From Chrysochromulina tobinii (Eukaryota), in contig JWZX01002399.1 in the NCBI GenBank assembly GCA_001275005.1, forward strand, positions 1 through 39,707: DNA of 39,707 bases, read 5' to 3'. Below the pieces are notes generated by a model. The model ran no database searches, was not told the origin of the DNA, and worked only from the letters and a program-made list of their open reading frames with translations. The position numbers and the translations under genes are program-made. Each line of letters begins with the position of its first letter. Within the stretch, counting starts at the first letter, position 1. Below, one piece after another: positions 34,019 to 39,707 of the stretch.

Positions 34019-34326
34019 GCATATAACTGCCAAAAAAGGAAAGCGGTGCGGCGCGCGCGCGCGGAGTTGTGGAAGGACTCAATTTGGATTTGAAGGGACG
34101 GTGGGCGCCTGTTGCAGGCGCATGTCGCTGAGCGTCCAGTGCGTCCAAAGGAGGAACAACGGAATCCTTCGGCGGATATCGCCATCATGCAATACAAGCT
34201 CCGACCGTTTCGAAATAGTATTTTGTGTTTTCAGAGAACCTATTCGATTACCTGCTGTTGAATATAACCATGACAGTTGACACTCCTGCATACTGTATGT
34301 TCAGACGAGAGGATCAGCAATCACCA

Positions 34327-34590
34327 GGCTATTTATGGTATGGTAGAGATCCCCGCCGTCGGGCACGTAAAGGCTCTCCGACAGCGGGGCACGCACAAAT
34401 GCACATCTCCCCACCCCGAGTTCAGCGCCGCCCGCATCATGCTTTATGGTATGGTAGAGATCCCCGCCGTCGGGCACGTAAAGGCTCTCCGACAGCGGCA
34501 CGCACATCTCCCCACCCCCAGGTCAGCGCCGCCCGCATCAGGCTTTATGGTATGGTAGAGCGTCGGGCACGTAAGCTCGCCGACAGCGGC
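34327..34590. repeat. About 100-111-bp imperfect tandem repeat (about 2.4 copies) between convergent genes
   Basis: tttatggtatggtagag...cgtcgggcacgtaa...ccgacagcgg starts at 34332, 34443 and 34544. Confidence 0.88.
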
Positions 34591-34639
34591 TGTACTTAGG
34601 CGAGTCTGTGCTCTTCGAGCCAATCGAGGGTCGCGACAT

Positions 34640-36763
34640 CTAGCCGCGCATCGCGACTCCAAGGACGTGCTGCTTGAGCTGTATCCAGTCGTCCGCCGTC
34701 CGCTGGTGGCTGTCCCGCAGCTGGGGGTTGGCGCCGGCGAGCAGCAGCTGCTGGACGATGCGCGTTTCGCCTGCGAAGCATGCGACCATGAGTGCCGTAA
34801 TACCTAGGCTTTGCTGCGCGTTGACGTTCGCTCGTGCAGCGAGGAGCACCTGATGAAGGATGCAATCAAGAGGTGTCATCAGAGATCATCAGAGGTCATC
34901 AGGTGTCATTGAGCATCGAGAAGAACCTCCACACCATCAGAGGTCATCACAGGCAAGGTATCCTCGAGCAGCGAGGAGCACCTCCACAACTGCACTGCGC
35001 CCCGCAGCAGCTGCGAACATGAGCATCGTGCGACCCGTGGAATCTCTGCCGTCCACATCCCCACCTGCCCAGATCCAGTCGCGGACCCGAACCGCATTGC
35101 CCACTTGGGCAGCCTCGATCAGCTCGTTGGGTATGGCGGTCGCGACACGTGACGCGCCATAGGGATCCGTGTCAAGCTGCCACACGCTTGTCATGCCCAG
35201 CATCCGCCGCACGCTTTCCATGTTAGGCGACTGCGGCATGGAAGCTGCGGACAGGCCCATATTAGGCAGGCGGCTCGGCCCATCATCCCTGATTTGGGAC
35301 ACGTCGGGCACGTCCATATCAAGCATGCCCACGAGAGTCTGAAAGTCATCCCTCATTTGGGACGCGTCGGGCACGCCCATATCAGGGACGCCCACGAGAG
35401 TCTGAAAGTCATCCCTCATTTGGGACGCGTCGGGCACGCCCATATCAGGGACGCCCACGAGAGTCTGAAAGTCATCCCTCATTTGCGCGTCGGGCACGCC
35501 CATATTAGGGACGCCCACGAGAGTCCTGAAGTGGTGCTCCCTAATATGGGAGAAGTGGCGCTCGAGCCGCACCTCCGCCGCGAGAGGGATCGGAGATCTG
35601 GACGAGATCGGAGTGCTGGACGAGATCGGACGAGATCGGACGAGATCGGTTGAGATCGTATGCGATCGGACGCGATCGGACGCGATCGGACGAGATCGGA
35701 TGAGATCGGGCGAGATCGGACTGCTGGACGAGAGTCCGGACGAGTGACCGGACAAAGGAACCGCTCCGGACGAGGCGGGGCTGGAAGAGGGGGACGCGAG
35801 GCTCTTGACACGCACACCCTGGATGCTTCGTTCGGGATGCGCACTTGCCATTTTAGGCAACTCATCCGCCGAAATCACCTTGAGGCGCCCGGCGTGCACT
35901 TGCATCAGTTGAGCGTGCCGATGGCGCACCTGTGGAGGGTCGGGCGCCGCAGTGAGCACTTGCAAGGGGCGCCGGAGTCGGGCACTTGCATGCAGGAGTT
36001 GAGCGTGACAATGACTCATAAGGGCGCCGGAGTCGGGCACTTGCATGCAGGAGTTGAGCGTGACAATGACTCGTACCGAGTTCTCCGTGCGCCCAGGCAG
36101 AATCTCCGCGATCTTGCGCCATTGCTTGCCGAGGCGGGCAGCCGCCTCAAGGAGAAGGGCGTCCTCCCGAGGCATGAACGAGAAGCGCGCACTCGGAACC
36201 CCCGGCGCCTCCTCCTCCTTGACCTTCGCCTTCGCCTTCTTTGCCTTCTCCTCAGTCTTCTTTTTCAACGTCATCTCCGCTGCCTCCTGCTCCTTGAGCG
36301 CCTTGAGGTCGAACTCGCCGGCTGCGGGCGCCTTGGACATGACCACCGACGCGGGGTCCGGCGACTGGAGCACCTGCTTGAAGCCTTCCGCCGCCTCGCG
36401 ACAGATCGACTTGGCCGATCCGCTACTTCCCGTGTCGCCCTTGCGCTTGAAGGACCCCGGGTTGGAGGACCCGGGGCTGGCAAGGGACCCGGGGCTGGCT
36501 AGACCCAGGCACTCCTCTTCCATTGGCGTGCACCTTTGGTTCATCAATCCTCGCCCGGTTGCGGCCGCCTCCTCGCGCGCGGCCGAGGCCGCCACCCATG
36601 CCGCCGCCTCCGCCTCTAGTTCCAGCTGCTCGGCCAACACCGCGGCCGCACGCGCCGTCGCGATCACTTCCGCCTTCATGCTCGCATCCATGCTAGCATC
36701 CATGCTCGCATTCAGCGTGGCCTGGAGCTGCTCGCGGCCGGTGGGCGTGCCCGGCTCGGCCAT
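34640..36763 (-). CDS. Myb/SANT + ankyrin-repeat protein; exons 36763-36077, 35929-34982, 34849-34640
   Basis: Myb: FMPREDALLLEAAARLGKQWRKIAEILPGRTENS|VRHRHAQL. Ankyrins: LIEAAQVGN..DVDGRDSTGRTMLMFAAAAGRSAVVE|VLLAARANVNAQQSLGITALMVACFAGETRIVQQLLLAGANP. Internal ~63-bp repeats (FQTLVGVPDMGVPDASQMRDD) at about 35294-35530. Confidence 0.8.
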
Positions 36764-38317
36764 CACCGCGTGCGCCTCTTGCCGATCAACATGAGCGCAT
36801 TGTGATGAATACGAGGGCGAAGTCGGCACCCCCCGAAAAGGCACAGAAGTCCGTGACGAAGTCGGCACCTGCCGAATAGGGAAAAATTCGTGAACCTTTG
36901 AATCAGAGAATCATATTCACTGTGATGAAATAGATTCTTTAGTAAGTGAGGATCGGTGCACGCCCAAACGCGTATGAGGGACGTACGTCACCGCGTACAT
37001 TGTATTGAGTTGAGTTGAGGTGTGCCGCGAGGCCGAGGGGCTTCCGATATTATACTTTATAGTCCCTAAGTACTCTCAACTCAACGAATCGCCACACTAG
37101 AGTGTCCATCTGTCCAAGTACCAAGTAGGCACAGCAGTGAGCAGAGAAAAGTGGACGATCGGCCTTGCGATCGGCAGGCAGGCAACCCTGTCGGGTGAGA
37201 TACTTACCTTCATTGGCCGGCAAGTGACGGCCGGTTCATCGAGAAGCCTATACATGTACGGTGTGCCTGGTATACGTTGTTCGAGTTTCGAGACACGCCA
37301 CCTACCTTCACACATGGCCCCGGTTCACAATTGGGTTCACATCGTGTCGACGGAAGTTTTCGCGCTTTTTAATGGCGGGTTATCCGCAAAATGGTGAGCC
37401 GTACCGTGGGGGTTGCCCCGGGCCCGTGGGGGTTTCCCCGGGCGGCGACATGCTCTCTCCGATCGCCCATGCACGGGTTGACCCGCGTATGCAGGTACAC
37501 TGCACAACAAGACCACCACGGACGCAGCGCACCGACAACGATCAGGAAGGGGATGGGCCCTCCACACCCGCACCGACAATCGCCGCGCCCAACACCGGCA
37601 CCGGCAACAGCATGCTGACGTGCACCCGCACCGCAAAACCGCATGGTGGGCACCGCGCGCTACGAGACGTGACGCACGACACTGCGCACACGCTGGCGCC
37701 GAAACAGTGGCTTGCTGCTGCTGGCAACACCATGACGCACACGGGCATGGTGACTATATTCAACGGTGGACACCGCGGCACCAACGAGCGAGGTCAGCAC
37801 ATACGACCGGCCGCCCATGGCAGAGATGCATACGCGCACGCGCGGGCGCACGCGGCCCGACCCGAGCCGCAACACACAACATGCGCACACGCAACATGAG
37901 GTCACACAAGCGGACGAACGCATGGCGGGCGCGGAGGCGCTACACGCGCGCACCTAGCCCGGTTGTAGGTATGTACACCGACAATGGAGACCACGTGCGA
38001 TATAGCGACAACAACTGCTGCAGTCCGCGACCCACGCACCCCACAAACACGACCCACTCGGAAGAGCAAACACCGAGCCCGAGACGTGCATACGGGGACA
38101 TGTGTGTAGGCCAAAGAAAAGTGACCCGGCAAAACAAAATTCAACCCGCGAGAAAGGCGGGGGGGACGCCCAAACGTCAGCGCCTACCACACCCACATAC
38201 GTACAGGCGCCACCAGCACACCGCCAACCCCCCAAACCCCAAGAACCAACCGTGGACCCCGCATAAGGCACACGGAGGCACCCGAGAGCGCCGGCACCCA
38301 CAACGCCGAACACCAAG

Positions 38318-39707
38318 ATGAGTACCGCGAAGACCAACGCAGAAGAGTGGGGGGCGCCGCGCGAGCGCATCGCACTGGAACGGGGGGAAAATGACAAGTG
38401 GATATGGGAGCGACATGCCCCGCATGCGATGGCTAAGTGGGCGACACCCCCGATCGAGCGCCAGGCCCTCCGACAGATGCAGCGGGAGGTGACCCTCGTG
38501 TGGCGAAAACGCGAGAGCAACGGAAGACACGCGCAGAGCCCGTGGGTGATCGTCGCGGAGTCTGCTGCGCTACACCTCTCCGGGATCCAAGGGCGCGGCA
38601 TGGGCCTGTACGTGTGGCGAGACTTCGACCGAGACGACAAGATCGGAACGTACAGTGGCAAAGTCTTGGGAGTGTTCGAGGCGGCGGATACCGAGGGACG
38701 CAACGAGGCAGTGCGAAGGTATAGCGGCGCCGAGCCTCCCGAGTACCTCGGGGAGATCGATCTAGACGGCGGAGCCCGAGTCCAAATCATAGACGCCGCC
38801 GACGCAGGACCGCCGTTCCTGCAACGCGCCAACGACTCCAGAGGCCTGACCAACGGGCGAGGCGGCAAGCTGTACAACACCGCCGTGATGGACCCAGACG
38901 GCACACTGCGGTCCCTGCGGAAGGCACGAGGAGCAGGAGGCCGGGCAGCACCGTGGGGCCGCCCACAGCCGGAGGGCGGGTGGGAGCAACTGGTACAACG
39001 AGAAGTCCTATGGTCATACGGGCCGGCATACTGGGCGACGCGCGGAACAACCCAGAATGATACGCCACGAGCCGATGCAGATGATACCCGACGCGAGACC
39101 ACCGCGAGGACGCCGACGAACGCGACACCAGCGCCACAGCCTGCGGAGGGACAAGAGTCAGCGGAGGCACACGCGCCCGTGCACGCACGCACGGAGCAGG
39201 GCGCAAACCCCAATAAGAAACAGCGCACCACACAAGGGCAAGGGGGCGGGGAGGGTGCACTCGCCGGGTTCGCAACGTACGACGAGGGTCTGGGTACCGC
39301 CCTGCTCCAGCCACGACGCACGCAGGTAAAGATCCTGTTCATAGTCGAAGTCTGGGTCGCCGAAACACATCGCAGACAGCGACGCGCATGGGAAATGGTG
39401 GCGCGCGCCACAAGCGCCTCCAGCGCCGAGGAAGTCCACCTGATTGCGACAAGCAAGGAGGCGGTCGCCGCGTACAGAGCGATGGGCTTCAGTCCGGCCT
39501 CGGCACAGCACGTCGAGAACAAATGGACGGCACACACGCCGCGCGCATCACGAGGCGAGGTATACATGGTCGCCAGCAAGGTACAAGTGACCGAAACGGC
39601 AAAAGCGAACGGCGTCGCGACACGCGCACAGGAGGGGCGCGCCATGGAGCACAGACCACAGGGGCGGGGGCAGATCGCGTGCAGGCAGCGGGCGGGGACA
39701 TGGTACG
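38318..39707 (+). CDS. SET-domain + GNAT-domain protein, open to the window end (at least 463 aa); not in the supplied ORF track
   Basis: ATG 38318 follows an in-frame TAA at 38264, and there is no stop up to 39707. SET-like motifs (about 38546-39034): SGIQGRGMGLYVWRDFDRDDKIGTYSG, LQRANDSRG, REVLWSYGPAYW. GNAT-like motifs (about 39254-39570): LAGFATY, LFIVEVWVAETHRRQRRAWEMV, EVHLIATSKEAVAAYRAMGF. Confidence 0.75.
   Translation, partial: MSTAKTNAEEWGAPRERIALERGENDKWIWERHAPHAMAKWATPPIERQALRQMQREVTLVWRKRESNGRHAQSPWVIVAESAALHLSGIQGRGMGLYVWRDFDRDDKIGTYSGKVLGVFEAADTEGRNEAVRRYSGAEPPEYLGEIDLDGGARVQIIDAADAGPPFLQRANDSRGLTNGRGGKLYNTAVMDPDGTLRSLRKARGAGGRAAPWGRPQPEGGWEQLVQREVLWSYGPAYWATRGTTQNDTPRADADDTRRETTARTPTNATPAPQPAEGQESAEAHAPVHARTEQGANPNKKQRTTQGQGGGEGALAGFATYDEGLGTALLQPRRTQVKILFIVEVWVAETHRRQRRAWEMVARATSASSAEEVHLIATSKEAVAAYRAMGFSPASAQHVENKWTAHTPRASRGEVYMVASKVQVTETAKANGVATRAQEGRAMEHRPQGRGQIACRQRAGTWY

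Larger units (their letters stand above)
10495..34870. promoter_or_regulatory. Recurrent intron 3' cassette B: (CT)GATTGCCTCCCTCATCAG|GT
   Basis: Similar copies at acceptors 11161, 14197, 23265, 23540, 24476 and 34850 (minus strand) and 33099, 33696 and 33767 (plus strand); weaker copies at 10495 and 11449. The span is the envelope. Confidence 0.85.
10300..34960. repeat. Intronic ~9-11-nt microsatellite arrays containing CTGAT on the sense strand, e.g. (CTCTGATGAC)n, (CTGATTGCAC)n, (CACTGATGAC)n, (TCTGATTGCG)n
   Basis: Arrays at about 10335-10372, 10510-10660, 12640-12750, 14210-14270, 17030-17160, 26590-27005 and 29635-29770 (minus-strand genes), and 31808-31890 and 32535-32720 (plus-strand gene). 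The span given is the envelope, not one element. Confidence 0.9.
13267..35965 (-). promoter_or_regulatory. Recurrent intron 3' cassette A: GCATGCAAGTGCTCACCACGGCGCCC(Y)nCCACAG (putative branch point plus acceptor)
   Basis: Nine similar copies end at acceptors 13267, about 13349, 14415, 14666, 17546, 25984, 26405, 27092 and 35930, in four unrelated genes. The span is the envelope. Confidence 0.85.

Noticed and set aside
37954..39645. 563-aa minus-strand ORF
   Set aside because: It has no recognisable motifs and is the in-register antisense shadow of the + strand SET-GNAT ORF.

Overview
GC-rich eukaryotic nuclear DNA, dense in genes and introns. Gene content and intron style suggest a haptophyte alga (Chrysochromulina-like); this is an inference. 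By splicing by hand I recover about 14 protein-coding genes: (1) a CAX-type Ca2+/H+ antiporter, partial; (2) a histidine-phosphatase-family protein; (3) a multi-EF-hand protein; (4) a SOUL heme-binding protein; (5) a divergent NF-YB-like histone-fold protein; (6) a 17-exon meiotic MSH4; (7) an EF-hand/LETM1-like protein; (8) a DUF4116-repeat protein with a lone RBR-type Rcat domain; (9) a calmodulin-like protein with an acylation motif and an NZF-like finger; (10-12) three adjacent glycan-related genes: a 13-exon PAN + DUF707-like + GT47/exostosin fusion, a class I methyltransferase and a five-bladed beta-propeller mannosyltransferase/GH130-like protein; (13) a Myb-ankyrin protein; (14) an intronless SET + GNAT ORF. 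Two observations stand out. First, the SET + GNAT ORF (38318 to beyond the window end) is missing from the supplied ORF track and lies in compositionally distinct DNA that may be mobile or viral. Second, the introns are highly stereotyped: they share 3' splice cassettes, carry sense-oriented CTGAT microsatellites, and many begin with or contain copies of adjacent exon sequence that differ mostly at synonymous positions. No rRNA, tRNA or CRISPR array was recognised. All gene models and domain calls come from reading motifs by eye and are not database-verified.
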